A DNA stretch of 64,000 nt from the human T2T-CHM13v2.0 reference genome, Homo sapiens: NCBI RefSeq assembly GCF_009914755.1, contig NC_060936.1. One strand, written 5' to 3'. Position 1 is the stretch's first letter; every line of letters begins with the position of its first letter. Positions 14,807 to 37,928 of the stretch are shown here, in pieces. The translations under genes and the position numbers were made by a program. The notes below the pieces were generated by a model. It saw only the letters and a list, made by a program, of their open reading frames with translations. It was not told the origin of the DNA and did no database searches.

Positions 14807-15501
14807 CATTATTAACTTTTAAATGGGAAAACTCATCACTATTTCCATACAAATGACTTGCCAATTGACTTTCTGTAACCCACTTATAAGTTTGGATGTA
14901 TATTCAGTCAAATCCATGTTAACTTGATCGCAGTCCTTGCATTTGTTATTCCTGGTTGTAGCTGTAAACTATCGTGGGCACAGTCAGTCTGAAGGAGAGA
15001 ATTTTATTTTTGAAAATATAAAATATCTTGACTTCCAGGAGCTTACTAGAGAAATAAAAAATTGTAGCCTGCAGTTTTCAAAACCAATTCATCACAAGAT
15101 TGAAGGTTATAAATCTAAATAATGGTCAGTATTAGCCCAATAGTGACCAAACAAACAAACATAAAACAAAAATGTAAACAAAACCAAAGCAAAAAACTAA
15201 GCAAAACAAAACCCCCAAACAACCAAACAAATGGACTAAGCCATAAGGACCTCTTGTGAACTCTCATATGGATGTCTGGATTTTAGGAACAGGATTATCA
15301 GATCAGTGGGAGAAAATGTATAAACATTGGGAAGTAGAATCATTTCAAGTTCATTTTGGGCCTTCAGATATGACTTTAATGCTAATCAACTTACTTTAAA
15401 CTGAGCCTGCTTAATATATAATGAAACAAATAACTGTCATGTCTTATTGTTTTTATAATTTAGTCAGTATCTTTTTTTCAATATTAAAAATAGTAGGAAG
15501 A

Positions 15502-15800
15502 AGCTGGGCCTGGTGGCTCATGCCTGTAATTCCAGCACTTTGGGAGGCTGAGGCAGGAGGATTGCTTGAGGCCAGGAGTTTGAGACCAGCTGGGCAACAT
15601 AGTGAGACCCTGTCTCTACAAATGATAAAAAAATTTAGCTGGGTGTTGTGGTATGTGCCTGTGGTTCTAGCTTTTTGGGAGGCTGAGGTGGGAGAGAATC
15701 ACTTGAACCCTGGTGGTCAAGGCTGCAGTGAGCCATGATTATACCACTGCACTCCAGCCTGGGTGACAAAGCAAGACCTCATCTTGGGAAAAAAAAAAAA
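15502..15800 (+). mobile_element. Alu (J-type)
   Basis: Diagnostic ggaggattgcttgag and ggctgcagtgagccatgat. Confidence 0.9.
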
Positions 15801-15949
15801 TAAGGAGGAAGAAAACATGTAATTGTTAGATACAATTGCAATACTCTGTTTATTAGTTATTAAAACATAACTTTTATTAGACTCTCAAAGTGTCCATGAC
15901 TCAAAGGAATTTAATTACTATTTTCTAATGTTTGTTCTATTATAAACAA

Positions 15950-17520
<1,571 letters not shown>

Positions 17521-18086
17521 TACAAATAATATGCTATCAAGTTTCCCTGAAGATTTATCATCTCAGAAGGTACTTGAAAACAAGATGGGGAATCAAATAA
17601 AGTCACAAAATATTTCTTAAAATTTTTGTTTTCTTTTAAAACATGAGAATTTCTTGAGAACTAAAATCTCGCTTTATAGATACATCATACTATACTATTT
17701 AATGATATATGCTGAGATATAATAAAGAGCATTAATGTTTTCATGTTAATTTGTAAGAACAATCATTGAAAACATGTGACTCTAGATGAGGTCTGATTCC
17801 TTAAATGCTGTTTGCTCAGCTTGGGGACAGCATGGCAAAATTTCACTAATTCCGATTTGCTGAGGGAAATGAGAATGCCTGAAGTAGGATGACCTTTAGA
17901 ATTTGCTCCATAAGGAAAATAAGCAATGAGTGCTACCAAATAGAGATTCTGTATTCTAGCTTTTGTAAGTATGTGAGAATGACTGTTAATTCTCTGGTCA
18001 ACTGTTTGCAAATAACACTTCTAATTCATATTGCCTTGATCATTAATGAGGTTGAAAAATGTTTTCAAATGTTTATTGGCCTTTAA

Positions 18087-19389
18087 AAAAAATTTCAACT
18101 TTTAGATTCAGAGGGTGGATGTGCAGGTTTGTGACACGGGTATACTGTGTGATGCTAAGGTTTGTGATATGAATAATCCCGTCACCCAGGTAGTAAGCAT
18201 AGTACATAATAGTTAGTTTTTCATCCCTTTCCCCCTCCTTCTCTCCCTCTTCTTGTAGTCCCCAGTGTCTACTGTTGCCATCTTTATGTCCATGAGTAAC
18301 CATGGTTTAACTCCCACGTATAAGTGGGAGAATATGTGGTATTTGTTTTTCTGTACCTGCATTAATTCACTTAGGATAATGGCTTCCAGATGCATCCATG
18401 TTGCTGCAAAGGACATGATTTTACTCTTTTTTCATGGCTGCATATCATTGCAGGGTGCATATGTACCACATTTTCTTTATCCAATCCACCACGGATGGGC
18501 ACCCTGGTGGATTCCATGACTTTGCTATTGTGAATAGCATGGTGATGAACATATGAGTGCACGTGTCTTCTTGGTAGAATAATTTATTTTCCTTTGGATA
18601 TCTACTCAGTAATGGGATTGCTGGGTGGAATGGTAGCTCTGTTTTAAGTTCTCTGAGAAACCTCCAAACTGCCTTCCACAGTGGCTGAACTAATTTATAT
18701 TCCCACCAATAGTATGTAAGTGTTCCCTTCTCTCCAAAGCCTCACCAGCATCTGTTGTTTTTTGACTTTTTAATAGTAGCCATTCTAAGTGGTATGAGAT
18801 GGCATCTCACTGTAGTTTTGATTGATAATTAATGATGATTAGTGATGATGAGCGTTTTTTCATGTTTGTTGGCCACTGGTAATGTCTTTTTTTGAGAAAT
18901 GTCTGTTCATGTCTTTGGCTCCCTTTTTAAATGGGGTTATTTAGTTTTTGCTTGCTGAATTTTTTAAGTTCCTTACAGATTCTGGATTTAAACCTTTACC
19001 AGATACATACTTTGTGAACATTTTCTCCCATTCTGTAGGTTGTCTGTTTACTCTGTTGATAGTTTATTTTGCTGTGCAGAAGCTCTTTAGCTTAATTAGG
19101 TCCCAGAATAGACAACCCAGCAATGAAGCTCCACACCTACAGCCATCTGGTCTTTGACAAAGTTGACAAAAATAAGCAATGGGGAAAGGACTCCCTATTC
19201 AATAAATGGTGCTGGGATAACTGGCTAGTCATATGCAGAACAAAACTGAACTTCTACCTTTCACTATGTATAAAAATTAATTCAAGATGGATTTAAGATT
19301 TAAACGTTAAGACCTCAAAATGTAAGACTCCTAGAAGAAAACCTACGAAACACCATTCTGGACATTGGCCATGGGAAAGAATTTATAAC
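18087..19389 (-). mobile_element. LINE-1 3' fragment with 5' inversion (18087-19104 minus, 19105-19389 plus), nested in an older L1M fragment
   Basis: Orientation flips at ...aattaggtccc|agaatagacaaccc...; the flanks (~18020-18085, ~19390-19790) read as old minus-strand L1 ORF2. Confidence 0.88.
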
Positions 19390-19790
19390 TGTTAGCTATT
19401 TCAATGTTATCTTTCGTCTATTAAGTCTCTTGTCCATTTATTTTTCTACTGGGCTGTCCATGTCTTGTTTATGTATTGTTACCTCAACTCTTCTATATTT
19501 TCTGGATACCCACGTTTGTTACTTATACATGTTGCAAAAATCTTTTCCCATTCTGTGGTTTGCCTTTTTAATGTCTTAACATGTCTTTTGATAGCATAAG
19601 TTATTAATTTAGTCAATTTATCAAATATTTACTTTAAGGCTAGTCTTTTTTGTGTCCATTTTAATGAAGTCTTTCCCTGTTTCAGGTCATGAAGATATTC
19701 TTCCATGTAATTGTTTAGCATCTTTATTGTTTTACCTTTCATATTTAGGTTTCATTCCTGTTGGTATTTATTTTTGGGTAAGGTATGCGG

Positions 19791-20119
19791 TAGTGGGGAA
19801 GATCCCAACCCCCGGGTCACAGTACCAGTCCGTGGACTGTTAGGAACCCGCCGCACAGCAGAAAGTGAGCAGTGAGCGAGTATTATTAGTGCTTGAGCTC
19901 CACTTCCTGTCAGATCCGCAGTGACATTAGATTCTCATGAGGGCGCAAACCCTATTGTGAACCGCACATGAGGGATCTAGGCTGTGTGCTCCTTATAAGA
20001 ATCTAATTGATCTAAGATGGAACAGTTTCATCCTGAAACTATCTCTCCCCAGCCTAGTCTGTGAAAAAACTGTCTTCCATGAAACCAGTCCCTGGTGCCA
20101 AAAAGGTTGGGGGCCGCTG
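19791..20119. mobile_element. MER1B-like hAT-Charlie non-autonomous DNA transposon
   Basis: Characteristic cattagattctcat...aaccctattgtgaac...gggatctagg and terminal gaaaccagtccctggtgccaaaaaggttggggg. Confidence 0.85.
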
Positions 20120-20184
20120 AGGGAATATGTTTCATTTTTTTCCGATCGATATTAAATAAAGGGCTTTTAAAACTGTTTATTTCA

Positions 20185-21385
<1,201 letters not shown>

Positions 21386-21843
21386 TCAAGTCCAATTCTA
21401 ACAACCTTGGGTATGAATCAGTATCAGTTTAGTGTAAGCTTCCCTTTAGGGATGGCCTATTAGGCCCCTTAGGTATGACTTGGGCCCTTTATGGACCTGG
21501 TACCTTAAATTTTTCCTAGTACTTTAAATTTCTGTTTTTCATCCCAGTAAGACTATTACCCAACACAGGGATTTGTCTTATTTACTGCTGTGTAACCTAC
21601 ACCATAACTGCTAGTGTCTGTTATGTAATATGCTCAAAAGAATGTTTGTTCAGCAAATGAATGTAGGAACTAGGTAATACACTAATATTGAGAGATTAAG
21701 TGGCATAAATATCCCTGTATCCTCAGAAAAATGAAAGCACCCCTGGTCTGGATTCTGTGGGAGGCTCTTGGAATGGAAGAGGCTAAAATCCAAGCTTAAA
21801 GGGTTAGCTTATATTGAACTAGACTCAGACCACAGCAAGCTTA

Positions 21844-21867
21844 CACACACACACACACGCACACACA
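21844..21867. repeat. (CA)n microsatellite, interrupted
   Basis: Directly visible. Confidence 0.9.
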
Positions 21868-22539
21868 ACCCCTCCCCCATTTAATTTTCTTTTATGTTAG
21901 CTGGGAATTAAAAAGAGGGCTTCTATAGTTTAGCAAAGTAAGAGAAATGGTTTTGGGAAACCTAGCATAGGAAAATGGGGAATAACGTGATTCATTAGTG
22001 TCCCTGTGTCATTAAGGGCTCCCTGGTAGTTCCCAGTTTCTTTCTCAATGTACATTTTGCAGAAAGCCAAACAGATGAAAGTTTGGTTGCATTCTTAACC
22101 ACAATGCTAAGGTAAGAGAAATATTGGTTTTAGCATTTCACAATTTTATTCAGAGAACAAGCTTCTGTGTAAACACACATATTAAAGAATAAATATGGTT
22201 TCTCAAGTAAAACATAAATATTTTTTGCTACTTACAATAGTACTTTTCTCTACAGAGATAATTGGAGACTAGACAGACAATGAGCTATTTGGGGGGAGTT
22301 TATTCTAATCGTTTCATGACCAAGGCAAAGAATACAAGCTTAGTTTAAATCATTAAATACTTACAGAATACCTTAATATATAGGAAGGGTATAAAATACA
22401 TGGGGAAGGGAATAACCTTTTACTATTTTAATTATTTTGACTTTGCTGCTATAAAGTAAGTGCATCTGGAAAGAGGATCAGCTCTTTATTTTGTAGTTGA
22501 ATTTCTGGGACACAAAAGCACAGATGGCCTTTCCAACTC

Positions 22540-23142
22540 CATACTGCAGTAGACATCTGCTGTTGTTTTTGCCTTCCCAGCATTTATTCCTCCTTCCTTT
22601 GGTAGTAACAGTCTCATTTTCCATTAGGGAGCACTCCTTTACCATTTCAGCCCATGTGGTACAAGTGGCAGTGGCCCTCATCCAATCAAACCCATGCCCT
22701 GGAAGTGCACATCTGGGCATATGATCCAGACTTGGCCAATTAGAACATCATAGCCTCATAGACACAGGTATTGGTTCAGAAATGGGCAAGAGGCCCAAGC
22801 CAGCCCGTGAGACATATTCTCCAACTTCTTAACAACACTATTGGGAAAATGGTAGTTTGTTTCTTGTGGGGGACACATTGGGCTGATAAAACGTGAGCCT
22901 GAAATAATTCATGGCTGTCTTTGTTACCCTATGGAGAGAGCCTTTGAGAACAAACCCAGCAGAGGAAAACCAAGCCCGGAGATGAAGAAAGTCAACTGTA
23001 ATCACTGGTGCACCTAAGTCCAGTCACGACAGAAAGAAGGCCCACCCTGGAGTTTTCAGTGCCATAAGCCAAAAATTTCCTCTTTTTTGCTTAAACCAGC
23101 TTGAGGCAGGATTCTGAGATCTGTAACTGAAAGAGTACTGAC
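22540..23142 (+). mobile_element. MLT1-type (ERVL-MaLR) solo LTR
   Basis: Start tgcagtagacatctgctg...cccagcatttattcc; end ttgcttaaaccagcttgag...gtaactgaaagagtactgact. Confidence 0.75.
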
Positions 23143-23290
23143 TTGACTTGTCAGTCAAGCAGCCTGACTTGACTTTGCATAAGCTGAGACCGAAGCCCTC
23201 TGTAATTTCTGAGAATTGTCTTTACTAAAATAAGAAACCTTTTTCTCTTCCCTCACTGTTTCATCTCTGAATTGAATGTAGGTATGTCTA

Positions 23291-23536
<246 letters not shown>

Positions 23537-24149
23537 TTAATGCATGTCAGGTGATGGCTATAATTTCACACTCAAACCAGGAGACCAGAAATACTGTCTA
23601 GAAAGGCTCATAATTTGCATAAGAAGCCCTTGAAATAGAAATTTTAAAAGCAAATATATATAATTTCTAATCACTTAACTTTTAGCCCATAATGATTATT
23701 TCTTCCTAATAACACTCCACACCCCTAACTTGATATTTCTCCCAGTGAGAGAAAATTCAGAGAATTAAGCATAGGTCATTCTAGAATGGTTTTCAGGCTG
23801 CTGTTGAGCTAAAAGCTAAATTAGTCACAACCACCCTGTAGATAAGAAAAACAGGCCTGTTCCCTCAGAGTCTTGTGAAAGTGTCCAGGATAGCACCAGG
23901 GTTCTAAATTTACCAGCTGGTTTCCACAAATACCACGATACTCAGAGAAGGAGGGGAGGTTACATTCTCTTAGTTTTCATATCAGTATGGAAATAAATAT
24001 GTATTCCTTCCTATGAGGTTTGCTTTTAGTATGTCCAAAGTTTGTTTTTAGAATACCCAAGGCCAAATATCAGGGCCGACTTTAATAAAAACAATTTATA
24101 TACAATTAGCTATGCTGCATTAAGCTTATTTCCTAACCTATAAGGCATA

Positions 24150-24671
<522 letters not shown>

Positions 24672-25111
24672 TCACAGGACACAGGCTTTAGCTCTTACAA
24701 GGTTTACCAGATGCAACTGGGTGTGCTTAAACTGCGGGTTGCCTGGGGGAAATGCAATGAGTATGGCTAGAAAAGCTAAGGTTTTCATGAACAGTCAGGA
24801 GTACAATGCTAAGAAGTAGAGGCTGAGTCTTTTTAGTTTACTTTCTAAAGAGTGTGTCCAGAACAACTGTATAGCTTAGATACGTAACTTACTAGCCATG
24901 TTGAGCTGGAGAAGGGGAGGAGATACTGTTTATAGGGACCAACTAGGAGGCTATTGCAATAATCGGCATGAAAGATGCACAATGTAGGAAAACATTAGAA
25001 GCATTAGAGGGAAGTGTAAGAACTGAAAGCCTTTTCAGAGGTAGACAGCACACAATTACTCAGATTTCCATCTTCTTTTGGTGGATGGTGATGATTATTA
25101 AGAAGGATTAT

Positions 25112-25878
<767 letters not shown>

Positions 25879-26022
25879 TAGGTTTTAATATTTCTAAGGA
25901 TGAATGGAAGATCTTAGGCTCAGTAAATGAATCAGTGAATAAACCTAAAACCAAGCGGCTATCTTAAGAATATTCTGAAGCATCTTAGTAAGACAAAACA
26001 GGATATTTATCTCTTGAATTAC

Positions 26023-26140
26023 CTTGTCATCTGGCTGGTAATCTGCAATGGTTCCTCTGACATAATGGACCAGTGAGTCAATGAGTCCGTCACATCTTCT
26101 CATCGCTTTTCTCCCATCAGCGCCAGCAGAACTCATGTTT
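26023..26140 (-). CDS. PKP2: Plakophilin-2 exon 8 (118 nt): [39 protein letters not shown]
   Basis: Acceptor tttctgatag|AAA, donor CAAG|gtaatt; within ORF 25945..26190(-). Phase 2 to 0. Confidence 0.97.
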
Positions 26141-27074
26141 CTATCAGAAAAAACAAAAAACAAAAAAGTAAGTCTAGGCTGTGTATCCAACAGGTCTTTG
26201 TTTTGAAGTTTTACTTGATGCTTCTTCCAGGTGTTTGGAAACTGGCAAATTTGTAAAAGTGTGGCAGACTTGCCCAGTCAACAAATCATTGACTGCTTAA
26301 TAGATCAACTATGAACATACTTTCTAAATATTTCCAAACAACACGTAATTGTGTCATAAGTCTTCTACTTCACTCCAAGTACCATGATCAAAACATTATT
26401 TACTTAATCTTCACTCCATTTTGAGTGTGGATATGAGGCAAATGTTTTTGCAACTAGAACAAGAGCAAATGGCACATTAGACATTATAATATACTGGATG
26501 CCAAGTCCCAATTTGCCCCATGTTTTAACTTTAAGTAACTTAAAGTTGCTCTGGGCCTCAGTTTCCTCACTTGTAAAGACAGTGTGTTGGACTACATTCT
26601 TTGTGGTTTTCTAAATTTCAGTATAAACTGTTATTGACAAATATTAAATCAGATGCTCTAAAATGCGATTATTTTATCATTAAAATGGCAGAGAGATGTT
26701 ACAGAAAACATGAGAGTTTGCAGTGTGTAAGGCTTCAGTCAAAAGTATGACCTATAAATATCTTTACACTTAGTCTATTTCTAATATTGCTAAGTCATGA
26801 CACCTTTCTATAAACAGTAACTAAACCTATAATTGGAAGTTGTTTACTGATAGAGAAATGAAACTTATCAAATACAGGAAAGTAATGCATTTGGGGATTA
26901 CAGTGCAGATTCAGATCATGTGTATAGTCTGGTATTATTGTTACTACCTTCCTTTAGATTAAGTTTTTCTTACTAGCATTAACTACTTAAAAAAATATTT
27001 TTTTTTCCAAAAATGTCAATACCTCAGTCAACAAGAATGACAAAAAATAGGGCCTTCAGGTTTTAAGAACTTGA

Positions 27075-28347
<1,273 letters not shown>

Positions 28348-30904
28348 TCACAGAGATCATATCTATAGGTTGAACTCTGGAAACTGACAAAACCCGACTG
28401 TTTTAACCCTCAAAAATGGCAATTTCATGATTCAACGTGACAGTTGAGGAGATAACATACCTAAAACTAAGAATATACTAACAATTTAATGGTTGCTGAA
28501 TTGATACAATGAATTTTTTAACAAAATCTCTTCTGTGACTGATTCTCATTTGACCCTTCTACTTCCTTATTAATTTTTACTGTACCTGAAAAACTCGGAC
28601 AGTTTGTTCATTTAAAAAAAAATGAATGGGTTCATAAGCTGGAAATAAAACAATTTTTTACTTAGCTTTTTTCAAAGAATGATCATTTCAACCAAGATCC
28701 TCTATCTACTTTGTGAGCCCTTTAAGAATCATGGGGATTCAGAAGCTTGACAGAAACTGAAAAAGCATCTTTTCCAGTCTCCTTATTTTATACATGAAAA
28801 ACTAGAAGCCAAAAGTTTCCGTTACTTTTCCTGGTGACAGCAAATTAGTGGTAAAGTCAGGAAAAGAGGGCTGTTCTTTATTCTACACCCAGGGTGGCCC
28901 AGAACAGAGCAAATCCCAGCTAGCATTCATTCAGTCTGCAAATACCATATGTCCCCAACTACATGATGTTATCATATGTTTAAAAGCTTCCCTTTGGCCT
29001 TTTCAACCTCTGGCCAGGATAAATGGCAGTAGTTTAAAATTGCTTTGACAAATCAAAAAGTCTTTCTTCCTGGCTAAGCCCACTACATACCTTGCAGATG
29101 GATGACTTAGCTTTGTTTAACTCCGGGGTGTTTATTTCGGGTTAGAATGGTAAGTCAAGTTGGCAGTACTGCCAGTTCACAAGTACTAACTGTTGTCTTG
29201 CTGTTTGGTATTATCCAGACTCTACTTGCTTGAAATGGGACTTATCAGGGGTTTCTGGCAGTTGATACTTTTGCTGACAGAAAGTGCATGGAACCCCATT
29301 GCTTTAGTATTTGCTCCTGCATATCAAAAATAGTTCCCACCTTACTCAACTACACAGAAATATGAATGATAAGGGTAGATTATTTTATACCACTGCATCC
29401 ATGAATAGAAGTCATTAGACAGAAAGTAATTTGTTATTGCACCATTCCGAAAATAACCAATAACTATAGAAAATGATACATCCATCTTAAAATATTTTTT
29501 TTTAACAGCTAGTACTTAAGCTTGTGGGAATCAGAAAATTAACATGGCTACCTTTAGGCAGAATTGATCTTTTTTACAACGTATCTCTTGAATCATAAGA
29601 ACTATTTATTGATTGGTTTCCCATACATTACCCAATGGTGGCTCAATAGAAAAATATCTCAAAACTGTAAGTGAAATATACTGAAACAATTACCTTATCG
29701 AAAATTAAAAGAGAATGAGCATACAAACATGGTAGTTACTTAATAAATAGTGCTTATTAAAGTTACCAATAGAATATATTAAAAACGTGTAATTTAGTGC
29801 CTGTCGTTTGCATTTGATTAAACGATGGGTTTATTTCCTCTGGTATAATCAAGCCTAAGTCTGAGTAAATATCTGCAGACCTTTAAGAAAACTAAAACTG
29901 CATACTGTTATATACTGAAATTTAAAAACAGGTCCTTAGGGGTTGAAGGCAAGGGGCCAGGGCCTTAGGAGAAGTAGAGTGAGGAAGGAGACAAATTACT
30001 CTTCACATAAAGGCAGGAATTATTTGGAGTTCTTCACCTCCACTGGTCCCAAATGGGAAGACGCCAGTTTGACTTGTGGCCAGTGCTTGATATCGGGAAG
30101 AATCTCTCTAGCAATGTGACTTGTAATGGGGGAAGAAATAGAATCTGGACCTCTGTGTGTCTCTGAAATGGTCACGGAGCTTCACATATTTAGGGGGATT
30201 CAGGTGTTTTATCAGAAAGCAAATCTGTGACTTTTCACTCCCTCTAGGACCTCTTATCTCACACATTCCTGAGTGTCACAATGAAAAAGAGAAAAGAAAA
30301 CACAACACCCTGGACCTTGATAGAATTAAAAGAAAGAATGGTATGTTAATGGTTGAGATTAATGACAGTGTGAGTAAATCTTAGATTCATATGGTAAACC
30401 AAAGAATGGACAGTGACAAATGGAAAAAAACAGCTGCAATTTAGTGTTTGCACTAGACATTATGGTAGGCAACTTATAAATAGCATGATCTGTAATTTTC
30501 ACAAAATTCCTGAAATTAGGGTACCCTAGAATTTCATTCTGGGAAATTCTGACCTGTGATTCTCATTTAAAATCAGAATTAACTGCTCTAACAGGATTGT
30601 TACAGGCTCTTCCACATAAGGTAGGATATAAAGTAGTTTGTCTGTGGCTATGTGCAGGGGTGCTGTCAAATATGCTTAATTGACCAGTGCTGAAAGGAAG
30701 TTTGTTACAACACAGAACATCCAAGCTTAGTGTACAGTGTGTGGTCAGCTGGCCTGGGGAAACAATGAGCTGAAGGAGATGGTTAAAGTAAAAGGCTACA
30801 GTTAGTTTCCAGGACATGAGAATGGCCGGGAACAATAACGTCTGAGTGCATCTTTTCAAGACACTTCACCACCATACAAAATAAATAACTTTAGGAGGCA
30901 GAAA

Positions 30905-32949
<2,045 letters not shown>

Positions 32950-34075
32950 TTAATTCAGCCAGTAATCATCTGGCTGGTAGGCTACATTAATTTCCTCTCA
33001 ATTAGCTAGAATATGTTAGGTAGGACAGAATCCCAAATTCCATTTAAAATTAATTATAAACAGCAAACTATAATTTTAAAAATATACCTAAGAGCTATTG
33101 CAACTTGAATAAGCATTCTTGACATGTAAAGGAGATGTTTGGAATGTCAGACCAGGAATAAGAAAGATGTTTAAGACCTAGAGTAGAATAATATGATGCT
33201 CAATCCATACCTCCAAGATAGGCACAGATTTTAACCACACAATAGTGACAAAATCATCAGTTGCTTTATCCTGATGTATCAGCCCACTCACTTTTTATAA
33301 TAATGAATAAAAAAAATTTTAGCAGTCATTTTGATTATGATGATAGTCTTAAATTTTTTGGAATAAGACCTTGTGTCACAAAATACAGTTCATAAAACAC
33401 CAATTTGAGCTATACACAGATATTTTTCTTTAAACATGAAGATGGTATTAAAAGTATCTGAGAAAGACATTCTTGTGAATTCTTTTTTCTGCCCAAGACT
33501 CAACTCATAAGCTAACCGATTAAGAAAGCCCAGCAAAAAGAGTCCACTTGATATAATGAGTAAAAATTAATCTTTTGTTTCCTTTCCTGATTTTTATTCC
33601 TCTGTATTGTTCCTATTCATGTATTTTCAGGCAGTCAATATTTATGCACTGATTGATAAGAATAAAGAGTCTCTTTAGCAAAGAGAAGTGTTACATAATT
33701 TCTGTAAAGTACAACTTTTAATCTGGACCAATCTGGTAAAGATATGAATAGGACAGTGGAAAATGATAGTCTGAAGAACAGGGACCTTTGTAAGGTGGTC
33801 AACTGGTTGTAGATGGGCTGCTTCAGCATCTCAGTGAGACATGTACTCTTAAAAACACTGGGTTCAGGAAGAACATGGGTGACCAGGCAAGCATAGCCAT
33901 ATTTGTTTTGATTTTATTTGTTTGCTTTAACAACTTAAGAACTGTTGAGAGATTTCAAAATAATGGCCTAAAACCCTGAAGCTTAGTTCATAAAACAATC
34001 ATTTTTAAAAATCAGGATCTTATTTACCCATTTAAATACCACTTCCACCTTTTAAATTTACTTAAAGAAAAAGCT

Positions 34076-35319
<1,244 letters not shown>

Positions 35320-36949
35320 TTAAAAATTATATTTGGTATGTGGTTTTTTTGGTGTGTATGTGCTGGAGAAGACAGTTGTAACTGAATGCATTAAAAATGT
35401 ACATGGAGACATTCATTTTCCAGAGAGTAGCTCATATTGATATTCCAAAACAACTTGCCCTTAACTCTGTGACTAATTAGAAACAAGACTGATAGTTATA
35501 GCCTTTCTTTCCAAAGGTATGGTTTGCTTCCTCTGACAACTCCCCACTCCAGCTAGATTTCCAGTGTAAGAGACAATGAAAATTTCTTTTAAGAATTTAA
35601 ATAATTTTAAGTAATAAAATTTAATATATAAAAGGATATTATACATTCAAAACACATTTACTATACGATGACAGGTGGGAAAAAGTGAAGTTTATGCCAT
35701 TTGTAGGAGAAATGCATTACAAATTGCTTTTCTTCTTTAACCAGCATACACAGGCATAAAATGCATTGAGAAAAAAGAATATGTTTTAAAATGTGTAATG
35801 ACAAATTCTGGGGAGGCCTTCACAAAGCAGACTGCACCTTTATCTTAAGGTGGCAATTTTATAAGCCTGTCTCGTAAGTGGACGGTCAAGAAACTATAGC
35901 AACTCAGGAAAGTGACTTTTTAGGGCTTTATGAATTCACATTTTTAATATGACTACAGTATTTAAGAACGTTGGTGATGACCTAATGATAGAATGATGAA
36001 CTAAAGACTGAGAGGGACATTTAAACACCTACTCATCCTTTAACAGCTCTTTAAGTTTGACTTTCTCCAGAAAAAATTCCCAACTCCCAAGGCAAAGTTA
36101 GTGAAGCAACTTTCATCCCTCTCTTAAATCTCTTACCAAATGCATTGTCATGATCTCTTCAGGTGCCAGTTTCCTCCACGAAACCCAGAGTTCCTCCAGG
36201 GCAAAAATAGGTCCCATTCCCTTTTGAAATCTCAGAAATTTAAATAGTGGTTTGGATAGAGCAGGCCTTCAACAAGTACTCAAGGAATAACAATAGGGTT
36301 GGATAAGAGGGAGAATAAAGGCAGACCAGTGGCAGAATACCAAGAAGGCTGGACTAGCTAGCTGTCATTCTCAAATTTCTGATAGCTGGTTCTACAATTG
36401 CGGAAGAGTCTTGGGGACTTAATTTCTTCACCTGAAGAATGAGGCCACTAACAGAAGCTCCCTAGATGTGTTTGTTTTTGACCTAAATGTTTTCCAAAAC
36501 TTGACTCTCACTGCTCTTGGGGCAAGTGTTTTTTCCCTTCTCTAGTCTGATGGAGCCCCTACCATTCCTCATGGTCTTACACCTGCCCACTTAAGTGCCT
36601 ACCTGAACTCTGAGGCATTTTAATTTATTACCTCTAAATTGCTTCCAGTTCTTGTCCTTTAAGAGAAGAAAGAAGACTGGGGGGGAGGAGGGAAGAAAGA
36701 AGAAAAGAAAGAGGAGGAAAGAAGCTATAAGAATAATATGCAGAAATGATGATAAAACTTTGGCAGCAATTTCAGACTTCTCCCGAATAATAAACATTGG
36801 TTTTATTGATGCTACATCCAGGGGTTTTCCAATCAGTGATGTAGAAAACAGAGTTAATAGTCAGGTCACACCAATGCCCTAGGAACTGATACTATGAGCC
36901 ACAGTATAAATTCACACTAAATTAAAAAAAAAAAAGGGACTCACAATAG

Positions 36950-36951
<2 letters not shown>

Positions 36952-36998
<47 letters not shown>
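36952..36998. repeat. Perfect (GT)n microsatellite, about 23 units
   Basis: Directly visible. Confidence 0.97.
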
Positions 36999-37000
<2 letters not shown>

Positions 37001-37031
37001 TAGGAGGGTATGGAATCAAAGAAGATAGCCA

Positions 37032-37928
<897 letters not shown>

